DNA of 64,000 nucleotides, taken from contig CAWKHF010000005.1 of the NCBI GenBank assembly GCA_963849325.1, positions 320,001 through 384,000 of the forward strand, in the 5' to 3' direction. Origin of the DNA: an uncultured Planctomycetota bacterium. GTDB taxonomy: Bacteria > Planctomycetota > Planctomycetia > Gemmatales > Gemmataceae. A model generated the notes under the pieces. The model did not search any database and was not told where the DNA came from. It worked only from the letters and a program-made list of their open reading frames with translations. The translations under genes were made by a program, and so were the position numbers. Shown here one piece after another: positions 1 through 14,007 of this stretch. How positions within the stretch are numbered: position 1 is the first letter of the stretch; every line of letters starts with the position of its first letter.

Positions 1-494
1 ACCGCGACCTCAAACGCGAGATGCAGGACAATCGCTTTCGCAAGGACCTCTTTTTCCGGCTGGGCACGACCATCCACGTGCCGCCGCTGCGCGAACACCT
101 GGAGGACGTTCCGGCGCTGGTCGAGCACTTCCTGGGGCGGCTGTCGGTCGAGTATCGCCGCCGCCTGAGCATGTCGGAGCCGGCCATGCAGCGCTTGCAG
201 ACGTATTCCTGGCCGGGCAACGTGCGGCAGCTGCGCTCCGTGCTGGAGACGGCGGTGGCGACGACGGAAGGCAGCGTCCTGCCGGCGCGCAGCCTGCACC
301 TGCTGGACGAACCGGCCGAGGCGGCGCCGGAGCAGTTACCGACGTTGAACCTGGAAGAGCTGGAAGCGCGAGCCATCCGCCAGGCGCTGGAGCAAACCGG
401 CGGCAACAATACGCAGACCGCCCGCCTGCTGGGCATTCATCGCGACACGCTCATCACGAAGCTGAAGAAGTACGGAATTGATCGCAAGACATGA
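1..494 (+). CDS. Sigma-54-dependent (NtrC/Fis-type) transcriptional regulator, C-terminal part, 5'-truncated by window
   Basis: FRKDLFFRL, WPGNVRQLRSVLE and C-terminal Fis HTH (ALEQTGGNNTQTARLLGIHRDTL); frame open from window start. Confidence 0.9.
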   Translation, partial: RDLKREMQDNRFRKDLFFRLGTTIHVPPLREHLEDVPALVEHFLGRLSVEYRRRLSMSEPAMQRLQTYSWPGNVRQLRSVLETAVATTEGSVLPARSLHLLDEPAEAAPEQLPTLNLEELEARAIRQALEQTGGNNTQTARLLGIHRDTLITKLKKYGIDRKT

Positions 495-512
495 AAGCCG
501 CGTGATACGAAA

Positions 513-586
513 TGGCGAGCGGGGGGCGTCAGCCCCCTGTTGCTTCTAGCAGGAAGCAACAGGGGGCTGACGCCCCCCGCTCGCCA
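513..586. repeat. REP-like palindrome family 1 (GGCGAGCGGGGGGCGTCAGCCCCCT...)
   Basis: 34-bp perfect inverted repeat with 6-nt loop between convergent genes; related copies at 13855-13922 and 19251-19316. Confidence 0.85.
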
Positions 587-602
587 GGAGACGGCGCGGC
601 GT

Positions 603-836
603 TTACACGCGGCCCGTCGAGTCGGCGGGTTTGTTCAGGACAACGGTCGCCGGGGCCGGCGGTTCGCTGGAGTTTTTGCCGTGAATGGCATCGTAGACCT
701 CCTGGCGATGGACCGGTACTTCCTTGGGCGCGACAATGCCCAGGCGGACTTTATCGCCGCGAATCTCCACCACGGTCACGATGATGTCGTTGTTGATGAC
801 GATACTTTCGTTTTTTTTCCTGGACAGTACTAGCAT
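603..836 (-). CDS. csrA: Carbon storage regulator CsrA
   Basis: MLVLSRKKNESIVIN...VRLGIVAPKEVPVHRQEVY is the CsrA consensus; AAGGA SD upstream. Confidence 0.95.
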   Translation of the reverse strand: MLVLSRKKNESIVINNDIIVTVVEIRGDKVRLGIVAPKEVPVHRQEVYDAIHGKNSSEPPAPATVVLNKPADSTGRV

Positions 837-1329
837 CGCCGCCTATCCTTTTCAAAGTCGTGAGGCCGGGCTTGGTTTGGTTGCGGCTTGCTGGTGGGCC
901 GAGATTGGCTACACTACCACGCTCCAAAGCCTCAACGGGGTTGGAGGAACTTCGCAAGACACGCCGGTGAAGATCCCCTTCCCCTGCTGGAGCCAGCCGC
1001 GGGTCTCGGCAGAGGGGTCCGTCCGTCGATCCACCCGGCCGGATTGCAACCCCTGACTGCGCCGAGAGTTCATCACATTTCAATCTATCCGTGCGCGCCG
1101 AGGCCGTCAAGGGGCTGTCACCCTTCTTTTTTCATTTTTTTCTCGTTTTGGCATGGCAGCTGGTCGGGCGCGGGAGGGTTCGACACGGGTTGCTCTTGTC
1201 CGCGCCGGCCCAATCGTTATCGTGGGAACGTGACCCGCGCTTCGCTGGAGGCGTTGGCGGGCCGCACGCCCGGTCCAGGAGGAGCAGGGATGCCGCCAGC
1301 GGAAGCAAAATACCCAGGCCGAGTCCTTT

Positions 1330-1821
1330 ATGCCGCTCGTGGCCGGCCTGACGATCCTCCAGGGCGGATGTCTGCTGGCCCTGGCGGGCGTGGCGGCCAC
1401 CGGCGCCGCCACCGGCTACCTGTACTGCAAGGGCCGCGTCTACCGCGATTACCCCGCTGCCCTGCCCGACGTCCGCAACGCCGTCCACGCCGCCCTGCTC
1501 GATCTGCACTTTCTCATCTTCACCGAGGAAGCCAAGGACGGCAAAGCGTTCCTCGTCACCAAGACGACCACCGGCAAGAAGGTGCGCGTTTATCTCGACT
1601 GCCTGAGCAGTCCCATTCCGGCCGAGGGGTTGGTCACGCGCGTGTCGATCCGGGTGGCGGCCTTCGGCGACGAGGCCGTCAGCGTGCGCATTCTCGATCA
1701 GGTCGGTTGGCGCCTGGCTCATCCGCCGGTGATCGTAGCGCCGCCCGGTCCCGCTCCCATCCAGCAGACCTCCGCCGTCGAACCGCCGCTCGCGCCGCCG
1801 CAGCCGCTGAAAGCCAAGTGA
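1330..1821 (+). CDS. Putative lipoprotein, DUF3568-like
   Basis: Hydrophobic N-terminus with lipobox-like GGC, then AATGAATGYLY.KG and ...TRVSIRVAAFGDE; true start may be ~1289 across a frameshift. Confidence 0.6.
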   Translation: MPLVAGLTILQGGCLLALAGVAATGAATGYLYCKGRVYRDYPAALPDVRNAVHAALLDLHFLIFTEEAKDGKAFLVTKTTTGKKVRVYLDCLSSPIPAEGLVTRVSIRVAAFGDEAVSVRILDQVGWRLAHPPVIVAPPGPAPIQQTSAVEPPLAPPQPLKAK

Positions 1822-1870
1822 GTCTCGTTAAACCCTTTCCTCCCGCGAACGGCCGCGATAGGATCGGGCT

Positions 1871-2430
1871 ATGAGCCGAGCACCGACCGTCGCCGCGCCG
1901 CCGCGCCCTCTCCTGGTCGATTACGTTTTCCTCCTCGTCGGGGGCAGTCTCTCCCTGTATCTCCTGCGGCTCAGTCCGCTGCTCGTCAAACCCGCCCACG
2001 CTGGCTCGTCCTCGTTCGTGCGCGAGTTCGTGGCCTTTCTGCCGTCGGCGATGCGTCTGCCGGAAGGCATCGTCCTTATGGGGCCGGTCTTTTACCTCAT
2101 CCAGCTCGTTCGGCGACGCGCACAAGGGCTGACGGCCCTGGAATGGCTGTGGCTGCTCAACGGGCTCGGCGTCGCCCTGTTGACGGGCCTGGCCGTATGG
2201 GAACGCTCGGGTACCCTGCCGGACTTCGCGCGGACTTATGCCTCGACACCGCGCCATTTGTGGTATCTGATCTTCGCGCCGTCGATGGCGGCGCTGGCGG
2301 TCGTCCTCGGCATCCTCGGCGTGCTGCGGCGCGGCGTGTCTCCCTGGACGCACACGTTGAGCCTGGCGCTGACTGACCTGGCCGGTGCCGCCGCTGCTGG
2401 GCATCCTCAGCCTCGGGAAATTCGCGTAGA
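1871..2430 (+). CDS. Hypothetical membrane protein (probable frameshift near 2375)
   Basis: Several hydrophobic segments; the shifted frame ends WPVPPLLGILSLGKFA* just before the next SD (GGAGG). Confidence 0.55.
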
Positions 2431-2441
2431 GGGAGGACGGC

Positions 2442-3431
2442 ATGCCGGCGGTGCTGGGATTGGACATTGGCGGCGCCAACCTTAAGGCCGCGCACAGCGC
2501 CGGCCACGCGCTGAGCATACCGTTCGCCCTGTGGAAAGAGCCGGCCCTGTTGCCGCACGCGCTGCGCAAACTCCTGTGGACGATGCCCGCGACGGACGTG
2601 CTGGCCGTGACCATGACCGGCGAGCTGTGCGATTGCTTCGAGAGCAAGCGGCAGGGCGTCCACGCCATCCTCGACGCCGTGGCGGAGGCGGCCGGGACAA
2701 CTCCGGTGCGCGTGTGGCGCAACGACGGCCGTTTCGTGGACATCGCCGCGGCGCGGGAGTCGGCCCTGCAAGTGGCGGCGGCGAACTGGCTGGCCCTGGC
2801 GACCTTCGCGGGACGCTACGCGCCGAAGGGGCCGGCCTTGCTCATCGACATCGGCTCGACGACCACTGACATCGTGCCGTTGCGCAACGGACGGCCCACC
2901 CCGCGGAGGCGCACCGATCCGGAGCGCCTCCGCTGTTGGGAGTTGACGTACACGGGCGTTCGCCGAACGCCTTTGTGCGCCCTGCTCGGCGGCGATGGCG
3001 CGGCGGAATTCTTCGCCACGACGCTGGACGTGTACCTGCTTCTCGATTTTCTTCCCGAAGATCCGGCGGATAACAACACGGCGGATGGACGGCCGGCGAC
3101 GAAGGCCGCCGCCGAGGCGCGGATCGCGCGCATGCTCTGCGCCGACCTCGAAACCAGCACGGCCGAGCAGCGCCGTCGCCTCGCGGAACTCGTCATGGAC
3201 AATCAGGCGCTGCTTCTGGGCCTCGCCTTCAACCGCGTGGCGGGCCGCTTGCTCGCGCCGCCGCAAACCGTCCTGTTCGTCGGCGAAGGCGAGTTCCTTA
3301 TCAAAGCCGCCCTCGAACGCCAACAGGACATTCCGCCCTGCCGAGTCGTGTCCTTCCGCAGCGCGTTGGGTCCGGCCATCTCGCGGGCCGCCTGCGCCTA
3401 CGCCGTGGCGATGCTGGCGGCAGAGGAATGA
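2442..3431 (+). CDS. mfnF: Hydantoinase/oxoprolinase-family H4MPT-linked C1 protein, MfnF-like (methanofuran biosynthesis)
   Basis: GLDIGGANLK, TMTGELCDCF, AAANWLA, IDIGSTTTDI, ELTYTGVRRTP, TADGRP; adjacent to an MfnE-like kinase. Confidence 0.8.
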   Translation: MPAVLGLDIGGANLKAAHSAGHALSIPFALWKEPALLPHALRKLLWTMPATDVLAVTMTGELCDCFESKRQGVHAILDAVAEAAGTTPVRVWRNDGRFVDIAAARESALQVAAANWLALATFAGRYAPKGPALLIDIGSTTTDIVPLRNGRPTPRRRTDPERLRCWELTYTGVRRTPLCALLGGDGAAEFFATTLDVYLLLDFLPEDPADNNTADGRPATKAAAEARIARMLCADLETSTAEQRRRLAELVMDNQALLLGLAFNRVAGRLLAPPQTVLFVGEGEFLIKAALERQQDIPPCRVVSFRSALGPAISRAACAYAVAMLAAEE

Positions 3432-3435
3432 CCCG

Positions 3436-4071
3436 ATGGCTCCGTCTCCCCTCGCCGCCGTCGTCAAGGTCGGCGGCAGTCTGTTCGAGCTGCCCGATCT
3501 GGCGACGCGCTTGCGCGACTGGCTCGCGGCGGAGGGGAACAGCGGGACCGGCGTGCTCCTCATCCCCGGCGGCGGCCGCACGGCCGACGTCGTGCGCGAA
3601 CTCGATCGCCGTCACGGACTCGGCGAGGAGTCGTCGCACTGGCTCGCCCTTCGCGCCCTGTCGCTCAACGCTCATTTCCTGGCCGCGCTGCTGCCGTCGG
3701 CGTGCGTGGTCGAGGACGCGAGCGCTTGCAAGCAAGCCTGGAATAAAGGCATTATACCGATCCTCGAAGGTTATGAATTCGCGCGCGGCGATGAGGGCCG
3801 TGCCGGCTGTCTGCCGCACTGCTGGGCCGTCACCAGCGACGCCCTGGCCGCTCGCGTCGCCCTGGTCGTCCGTGCTCGTTCTCTCGTCCTGCTCAAGTCC
3901 ACGTCGATCCCGGCCGGTGTGGATTGGAGGGAGGCGGGACGGAGAGGGTTGGTCGATGACGTGTTCGCCGAGGTTCTGCGGCAGGCGCCGGCGGACTTGC
4001 GCGTACGCGCCGTCAACCTGCGGACGTGGGGAGCCCGAACCAGCGAGTTGTTCTCCGAGCCTGAAGCGTAA
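3436..4071 (+). CDS. mfnE: Amino-acid-kinase-family protein, MfnE-like
   Basis: VVKVGGSL, IPGGG.TADVVR, SHWLAL, LPHCWAVTSDALA, LVLLKS; operonic with mfnF. Confidence 0.75.
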   Translation: MAPSPLAAVVKVGGSLFELPDLATRLRDWLAAEGNSGTGVLLIPGGGRTADVVRELDRRHGLGEESSHWLALRALSLNAHFLAALLPSACVVEDASACKQAWNKGIIPILEGYEFARGDEGRAGCLPHCWAVTSDALAARVALVVRARSLVLLKSTSIPAGVDWREAGRRGLVDDVFAEVLRQAPADLRVRAVNLRTWGARTSELFSEPEA

Positions 4072-4108
4072 GCGAAGAGCATCTCTTCGCTTACGCTTCA
4101 GGCTCGGA
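4054..4108. repeat. REP-like palindrome family 2 (GAGCCTGAAGCGTAAGCGAAG...)
   Basis: 26-bp inverted repeat that contains the mfnE stop codon; copies at 7441-7498 and 51273-51321, relative at 56271-56328. Confidence 0.85.
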
Positions 4109-4135
4109 CAGATGAGATGGCCGCTGGTGCTGGCC

Positions 4136-7129
4136 CTAGGAGCCTGGATGTCGGGCGTGCGGTGGCGTGGGCGTCGGCGTCGGTGTGGGCGTCGGTGTCG
4201 GGGTTGGAGTAGGTGTCGGCGTTGGCGTTGGTATCGGTGTGGGAGTGGGCGTCGGTGTTGGAGTGGGAGTGGGCGTCGGCGAGCCGGGATGTCTGGCGTG
4301 CGGCGGCGGCGTGGGCGTAGGAGTGGGCGTCGGTGTCGGAGTCGGAGTGGGCGTCGGTGTCGGAGTAGGAGTTGGTGTCGGAGTCGGTGTGGGCGTCGGA
4401 GTCGGAGTGGGCGTTGGGGTCGGTGTCGGAGTGGGCGTCGGTGTTGGGGTTGGCGTCGGCGTGCTCGTGGCTCCGGAGATGTTGGGGTCGGTGGCGCTGC
4501 CGCCGACTCCCGCCATCCCGTCCGAGCCGAGGATCCCTTCGCTGGCCGCTTGCCCATCGCTGCCGGCTTTTCCGGCACCGCCCACATTGCCGTTCGGCTC
4601 TCCGGGTCCCGCCGGTCCTCCCGCGCCCGCTTGGCCGCCGTGTCCCCCCGGTGCGGGAGTACCCAGGGCGGCGACGGCGCCTCCCTTGCCTCCCTGGCTG
4701 GCGGAGACCGTATTGTTGGCTACCGTGGTGCTGGACAGGCCGGCGACAAGGCCATTGGCGAGATAGAGTCCGCCGCCCTGGGCGGCTCCGCCAGTGCCGC
4801 CGTCGCCGCCGTTGCCATGAACCCCGGCTTGGCCGCCATCGCCGCCGTTGCCGCCCGAGCCGCCCTGGCCGCCGTTGCCGCCCGTTCTCAAATGGTAGCT
4901 GGTATTGCCGGCGCCGCCGCCGCCTCCTGTACCGCCTTTGCCGCCGTGGGCGCCGGCGCCTCCCATGCCGTCGACATAAGCGTTGCCATAAAGATCGGAA
5001 GTGCCGGCGTGCCCTCCCGCGCCGCCGTTGCCGCCCGTTGCCGAATTCTGTTCGACGCTGGAAGCGGTCAGATGGAGAGAGCCTCCACTCTGATACAGAC
5101 CGCCGCCCTGAGCGAGACCGCCACTGCCGCCGTTGGCGGCGTTTTCGCCATTGCCGCCATTGCCGCCGTTGCCGCCGTTGCCGCCGTCACCACCGTTGCC
5201 GCCGTCGCCGCCGATGCCGCTCTGACCCGAGTGCTCGAAGCCAGCTCCTCCCTGTCCTCCACCGACGCCGGCGCCGCCGTAGGCTCCGTAGCTCGAACCC
5301 GCGGCCGGTCCTCCACCGCCCGTGCCGCCGTAGCCCGCAAACCCGCCGTTCCTTCCGATTCCTCCATAGACGGCATTGAACGAGATTGTCGATTGCTGAA
5401 TGGTGACCGTGCTGGAAACGAGGTAAGCCCCTCCGCCTTCGGCCGTGCCTCCATTGCCTCCATCTTCCGGTTTGCCGCCCTCGCCGCCATCCCCGCCGTC
5501 TCCGCCATTTCCCGCTTTACCAGCCTTGCCGCCAATGCCACCATCACTCCCCACCCCGCCAGGGCCGCCAGGGCCGCCATGGCCGCCAGGACCACCTGCG
5601 GCCCCGAAACCTCCCGCTCCTCCTCCTCCTCCGAAACCTCCTCCGCCTGCCGCGGCGACATTTCCCGCCGTACCGCCGAGGGTGGACGATTGCAGCAGCA
5701 GGTTTGCGTTGCTGACGAACAATCCTCCTCCCTGAGCGGAACCGCCGTCGCCGGCCTTGCCGCCATCTCCGGCGTTGCCGCCGTCGCCGCCGTCGCCGCC
5801 CTGGCCGCCGCTGCCGCCGTCGCCGCCCTTCTTCCCCGGACTGAAATAGAGGGCGGGTTCTCCGATGTGGGTCGCACCATGTCCTCCTCCGCCGCCATTG
5901 CCGCCGGCGCCGCCCTGGCCCCCAAAATTGCCGCCTCCTCCACCCGCGCCGGCGCCGCCGCCGCCGCCGTAGCCCGAGGAGGCGCTGTTCCCTTCGATCG
6001 TCGAATTGTTCTGGATGGTGAGGGTGCCCTGACTGAGGTAGATGCCTCCGCCCTGGGCGTCGCCGCCATCGCCGCCATCGCCGCCATCGCCGCCATCGCC
6101 GCCGTCGCCGCCTTTGCCGCCCTCCTCTCCCGGCCGGCCATTCGATCCGGATACCCCTGTCTGGCCAGCTTGGCCGTCCTCACCAGGGGCGTTGTCGCCG
6201 CCTCGTCCGCCTCGGCCGCCATACATGCCACCGCCGCCGTAGCCGCCCTCACCGCCCTCGGCTTCGTTGTCCGAGATGGTACTTTGGATGAGGGTGAGGC
6301 TGCCGTTCTGGACATAAATGCCTCCGCCGGCGGCATCGCCGCCCTTGCCGGCATCGCCGCCCTTGCCGCCCTTGCCGCCGTCTCCTCCCTCCGTCCCCTT
6401 GCCGCCGTAGGTGAAATTGCGGTTCGTGGTATGCTCCACCGCTCCGCCGCCGCTGCCGCCCGCGCCGCCCGCGCCGCCCCAGCCGCCTTTGCCGCCATAA
6501 GCCTGGTTGTTCGACACCGTGCTTCCCTGGAGAACGAGCGTTCCGCCGCTGAGGAAGATGCCGCCGCCCTGACCGTCGCCTCCGGATAAACCATTCAAAC
6601 CGTTCTGCCCACTGCCGCCGGCGGCGCCGGCGACGGTTGCCGCTTGGCCGTTGGCTCCATTCCCTCCGTTGGCTCCGGCCGATCCCTGGGCAAAGCCCTG
6701 GGAAATGATCACATCGTCCAGCGTGACGTTGGCGCCCGCGCCGACATCGAGAATGCGAAACTTCGGCGTTCCCGCCGTGGTGCCGCGCTCGATGGTGGCG
6801 CCGTGGCCCTGGATGGTCAGGTTGGACGAGGTGATGACCGGCAGACCGTTGGCGCCGTCGGTGGTATTGTTCACCGTCGTCAGCTGGTAGGTGCCGTTGG
6901 TGGCCAGGACGATGGTGTCGGCCTGACCGTCTCCGTTGGCCGTTTGGATGGCGCTCGCCAGCCCGGCGACATCGCCGTTGCCGAGGGTGAACGTCGTCGG
7001 CGTCGTGCGGTCCTCGAGCGTTTCGAGCATGGGCCGAATGGAGCGACGCCGTTTCGCCGACCCGGCGCGGGTGTAGGGAGAAATGCCGTGCTTACCGAAC
7101 CATCGCTGCCGCAATTGCGTGAGCCACAT
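4136..7129 (-). CDS. Gly-rich secreted protein A (997 aa): LEDR leader, beta-solenoid coils with GGx tracts, PT linker, HARHPGS tail
   Basis: Start MWLTQ with GGAG SD, matching paralogs B and [16 protein letters not shown]; repeated GGG(I/L)(Y/F)..G.LT...ST...N.A units; ends (PT)[10 protein letters not shown](PT)[10 protein letters not shown]. Confidence 0.85.
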   Translation of the reverse strand: MWLTQLRQRWFGKHGISPYTRAGSAKRRRSIRPMLETLEDRTTPTTFTLGNGDVAGLASAIQTANGDGQADTIVLATNGTYQLTTVNNTTDGANGLPVITSSNLTIQGHGATIERGTTAGTPKFRILDVGAGANVTLDDVIISQGFAQGSAGANGGNGANGQAATVAGAAGGSGQNGLNGLSGGDGQGGGIFLSGGTLVLQGSTVSNNQAYGGKGGWGGAGGAGGSGGGAVEHTTNRNFTYGGKGTEGGDGGKGGKGGDAGKGGDAAGGGIYVQNGSLTLIQSTISDNEAEGGEGGYGGGGMYGGRGGRGGDNAPGEDGQAGQTGVSGSNGRPGEEGGKGGDGGDGGDGGDGGDGGDAQGGGIYLSQGTLTIQNNSTIEGNSASSGYGGGGGAGAGGGGGNFGGQGGAGGNGGGGGHGATHIGEPALYFSPGKKGGDGGSGGQGGDGGDGGNAGDGGKAGDGGSAQGGGLFVSNANLLLQSSTLGGTAGNVAAAGGGGFGGGGGAGGFGAAGGPGGHGGPGGPGGVGSDGGIGGKAGKAGNGGDGGDGGEGGKPEDGGNGGTAEGGGAYLVSSTVTIQQSTISFNAVYGGIGRNGGFAGYGGTGGGGPAAGSSYGAYGGAGVGGGQGGAGFEHSGQSGIGGDGGNGGDGGNGGNGGNGGNGENAANGGSGGLAQGGGLYQSGGSLHLTASSVEQNSATGGNGGAGGHAGTSDLYGNAYVDGMGGAGAHGGKGGTGGGGGAGNTSYHLRTGGNGGQGGSGGNGGDGGQAGVHGNGGDGGTGGAAQGGGLYLANGLVAGLSSTTVANNTVSASQGGKGGAVAALGTPAPGGHGGQAGAGGPAGPGEPNGNVGGAGKAGSDGQAASEGILGSDGMAGVGGSATDPNISGATSTPTPTPTPTPTPTPTPTPTPTPTPTPTPTPTPTPTPTPTPTPTPTPTPTPTPPPHARHPGSPTPTPTPTPTPTPTPIPTPTPTPTPTPTPTPTPTPTPTPPHARHPGS

Positions 7130-7139
7130 CGTTGGGATA

Positions 7140-7305
7140 CTCCGCGGGTAAGGAGGCGTGCCGGCCGCCTGCGGGATGGTATTGCCGGCGTCGATGTTTG
7201 CCGTAATCCGTCCGCTGAATCGACGTTGAAGACGACGGGAGCGAGGCGATTTCCCAGTCGTTCCAAGCCGGATCGCGCAATTTCTTCCGGGATGGCAGGG
7301 GCCAC
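7140..7305 (-). pseudogene. Degenerate 5' remnant of a protein D paralog
   Basis: [21 protein letters not shown] / [12 protein letters not shown] aligns with [22 protein letters not shown]...[17 protein letters not shown] similarity extends into the promoter. Confidence 0.75.
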
Positions 7306-7343
7306 CCTGTTGGGTAGGAGAATTCATGGCGACTTAGCGGGCC

Positions 7344-7372
7344 AGCCTAAAATGTCTAATTCGCCCTGTCAA
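7344..7372 (-). promoter_or_regulatory. Sigma70-like promoter for gene A
   Basis: TTGACA-N17-TAGGCT on minus strand, homologous to the promoter at 19176-19204. Confidence 0.7.
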
Positions 7373-7440
7373 GCAACCTGAAGAAGAATTAATTTTGGCG
7401 GGATGTCTCGTCCTGGACTCGCTGGCGCAAGACCGTCTCT

Positions 7441-7498
7441 CGGAGCCTGAAGCATAAGCGAAGGAATGTGCTGTCCTTCGCTTACGCTTCAGGCTCCG
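7441..7498. repeat. REP-like palindrome family 2
   Basis: Near-identical to 4054-4108, in the same position relative to the 3' end of paralog B. Confidence 0.85.
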
Positions 7499-7519
7499 TA
7501 AGTGGATCCCTGATTGGAA

Positions 7520-10500
7520 CTAGCCGCCTGGATGTCGGGCATGAGGCGGCGTGGGCGGCGGTGTTGGAGTCGGCGTGGGCGTCGGTGTTGGCGTGGGCGT
7601 TGGAGTCGGGGTTGGTGTCGGCGTGGGAGTGGGCGTCGGTGTCGGAGTGGGCGTGGGCGTGGGCGTCGGTGTCGGCGTGGGCGTCGGCGAGCCGGGATGT
7701 CGGGCGTGCGGCGGAGTCGGCGTGGGCGTCGGCGTAGGCGTTGGAGTGGGCGTGGGCGTCGGAGTGGGTATTGGTGTAGGTGTCGGGGTTGGAGTAGGCG
7801 TCGGTGTCGGCGTGGGCGTCGGCGTTGGAGTCGGTGTCGGCGTCGGCGTGGGTGTTGGAGTCGGTGTGGGCGTTGGTGTCGGCGTGGGCGTCGAGGTCGT
7901 GGCCCCGTAGATGTCGGGGGACGTGCCGCTCCCGTGTACGCCCGGCGTCCCGGCCGAGCTGGTGGAGCCTTCGCTGGCTTGCTGCCCATCGCTGCCCGTT
8001 TTTCCTGGACCGCCCGGGCTGCCGTTGTAGACACCGCCCCCTGCCGGTCCTCCGGCGCCCGGCTGGCCTCCATGCGCCGCCGCGAGGAGGAGGAGCCAGG
8101 GCGGAGACGATGCCGCCCGAGCCGCCCTTGCTGTCGGAGACGGTATTGTTGGCCACCGTGGTATTGGAGAGGCCGGCAACCAGTCCGTCGGCGAGATAGA
8201 GACCGCCGCCCTGGGCGGCACCGCCGGTACCTCCATCACCGCCCTTGCCCTGAGCACCACCCTGGCCGCCGTCGCCGCCGTTGCCGCCCGAACCAGCCTG
8301 GCCGCCGTTGCCGCCCGTCCTGCCGTAGCCGCCTCGTCCACCGTTGCCGCCGCTGCCGCCCAGGCGCCGGCCCCTCCGCCTCCGCCAAAAACGTAGGCAT
8401 TCCCTCCATCGGTGGCGTTCCCTCCCGGGCCGCCGTTGCCGCCCTGGGCCGAATTTTGCTCGACGGTGGAAGCGGTCAAGTTGAGGGAACCCCCACTCTG
8501 GTATAACCCGCCGCCCAGGGCCACTCCGCCACTGCCTCCCATGCCGGCATTTTGCCCACTACCGCCCTTGCCGCCGTTGCCTCCATTGCCGCCGTCCCGC
8601 AGGCGGCCACGCCCCCTTGCCCGCCTCGATAGCTGCCCGCATATCCGCCATTGCCTCCCCCTCCACCGACGCCTCCAATGGCTCCCAGAGGCGCCGTCCG
8701 AGGAGGCCTGGGCCTGACCGCCCCTGCCTCCATAGCCGGCGGCCCCACCGCCCCCACCCGCCCCGCTATTGGCCTCATTGAACGAGAGGATCGATTGTTC
8801 AATGGTGACGGTGCTGGAAACCAGATAAGCTCCTCCGCCTTCGGCGTCGCCTCCATTGCCGCCATCTTCCGGCTTGCCTCCATCGCCTCCATCTCCACCA
8901 TCCCCGCCATCTCCGCCTTTGCCCCCTTTGCCCCCGAAGCCGCCAATCGTCCCCGCTCCCCCATTGCCGCCTGTTCGCCCTGCTCCGCCTGCACCGCCCT
9001 GGCTACCCGAATCCACCGACACCCCCTCCGCCCGCATATCCGCCTCTGCCTCCCTGGGCCATGTTTCCTTCGTAGGCGGTATCCGCCAATGCGTGGAAGA
9101 CTCCAGAAGAAAGCGATCCGTTGGTGACGAATAAGCCGCCTCCCTGAGCGGCGCCCGCATCGCCGGCCTTTCCGCCATCTCCTGCCTTTCCTCCCGCGCC
9201 GCCCTCTCCACCATTGCCGCCACTGCCGCCATCGCCGCCCTTCTTTCCCGGACTGACCCACCAGTAAGGCGGGATTCCCAGCATTCGGGTTGGTTGCGCC
9301 ATTTCCTCCTCCCCCTCCATCACCCCCAGCCCCGCCATTGCCGCCCGGGCCGCCGAAGTCGCCGCCTGCACCACCTCCACCGCCGCCGCCATAGCCGGAG
9401 TAGGCGGTATTCCCTTCGATAGTCGAATGGTCCTGGATGAGGAGTGTGCCCTGATGGAGGTAGATGCCTCCCCCTGTGCGTCGCCGCCGTCGGCACCGTT
9501 GCCGCCATCTCCGCCATCCCCGGCGTCGCCGCCCTTGCCTCCTTCTTCACCGGGCCGACCATTCGCTCCGGATACTCCGGTCGCACCATTCATGCCGCTT
9601 TCGCCGCGAGCGCCATCGCCCCCTCGTCCTCCCACGCCGCCAATGCCCCCTGGGCCGCCATAGCCGCCGTCTCCGCCCTCCGCTTGGTTGCCGTTGATCG
9701 TGCTTTGGATAAGGGTGAGGCTTCCGTTTTGAACATAGATGCCACCGCCGGCCGCGTCGCCGCCCTTGCCGGCATCGCCTCCCCGGCCTCCGTTGCCGCC
9801 GGCTCCTCCCTCGGTCCCATTACCGCCGTAGAAGCCGAAGTTGCTGGTATGATAAGCAGCCCCGCCTCCCCTGCCGCCGTTGCCTCCGGCTCCGCCGCCG
9901 CCGCCGATGCCGCCGAGGGCCATATTGAATTCCAGCGTCGCTCCCTGGAGAACGAGCGTTCCGCCGCTGAGGAAAATGCCACCGCCCTGACCATCGCCGC
10001 CGTCCGACCCGTTCTTGCCGTCGCTGCCGTTTCCGCCAGCACCGCCGGGAGCGGTCGCTGCCTGACCGTCGGCGCCGATGGCTCCGTTGGCTCCCGCCGA
10101 TCCTTTGGCTAGACCGTGGGAGATGATTACGTCCTCCAGCGTGACGTTGGCGCCGGCGCCGACATCGAGGATGCGAAACGCCGGCGTCCCCGCCGTGGTG
10201 CCGCGCTCGAGGGTGGCGCCGTTGCCCTGGATGGTCAGGTTGGACGACGTGATGACCGGCAGACCGTTGGCGCCGTCGGTGGTATTGTTCACCGTCGTCA
10301 GCTGGTAGGTGCCGTTGGTGGCCAGGACGATAGTGTCGGCCTGGCCGTCTCCGTTGGCCGTTTGGATGGCGCTGGCCAGCCCGGCGACATCGCCGTTGCC
10401 GAGGGTGAACGTCGTCGGCGTCGTGCGGTCCTCAAGCGCTTCGAGCATGGGACGAACGGAGCGACGCCGTTTGGCTGCCCCGATGCGGGTGTGCGGAGAA

Positions 10501-10550
10501 ACGCTGTGCTTGCCAAACCATCGCTGTCGCAATTGCGTGAGCCACATCAT
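7520..10550 (-). CDS. Gly-rich secreted protein B (paralog of A; several frameshifts, assembly error or pseudogene)
   Basis: [13 protein letters not shown]...LEALEDR; collinear with A across ORF fragments; ends PPHARHPGG*. Confidence 0.75.
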
Positions 10551-10818
10551 TGGGAACTCCCGGACAACGGTATGATCGATGCTCGTTCTCTCCTCATCCC
10601 AATCCCTCTCCCCCGAAACGGGAGAGAGGAATTGGGGAACAGACCCTCCCTGTGAAGAAGTACGAGCCGGTAAGCCTGATTCTTACGGCAAAAAAGACAG
10701 CCTGCAACATTTTTTTTGGATTTTCCGAACTGCGAGCGCGGGCGTGCGAGAAGCGGCCCGCGAGCGGATGTGCTCGCGGGCCGGCTGGCGACATTCGCCG
10801 AGCGAAGAGGACGTCCCT

Positions 10819-13799
<2,981 letters not shown>

Positions 13800-13854
13800 G
13801 GGAGGACTCCGGGTCGAAGGGTTAGATCCGTTCACCTATCGCAACGGATTCTCG

Positions 13855-13922
13855 CCCTGAGCGGGGGCGTCAACCCCCTGAGAATGGCGGCACTCAGGGG
13901 GCTGACGCCCCCCCGCTCAGGG
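13855..13922. repeat. REP-like palindrome family 1
   Basis: CCCTGAGCGGGGGCGTCAACCCCCTGAG...CTCAGGGGGCTGACGCCCCCCCGCTCAGGG. Confidence 0.8.
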
Positions 13923-14007
13923 TGCGAAACCACGGCTAACCCAAAGTACGAAGCGAAAGAATGGAACCTGTCGCGCGACGGGAATTTTTTTCCGAACTGC
14001 GTCGCGG

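Noticed and set aside
4165-4460. Hexamer-periodic arrays interrupted by a recurring ~27-bp unit, as a possible CRISPR or DNA repeat
   Set aside because: Third-position variation shows Pro-Thr coding; no unique spacers or cas genes
3428-6589. 1053-aa plus-strand ORF and other long Ala/Pro/Arg-rich antisense ORFs, including (GV)n ORFs
   Set aside because: Shadow frames of GGx and PT repeats in GC-rich DNA; no motifs
7130-7327. 66-aa N-terminal extension of protein A in the ORF track
   Set aside because: Paralogs start at M(M)WLTQ with an SD; the extension is a decayed remnant of a D-like gene
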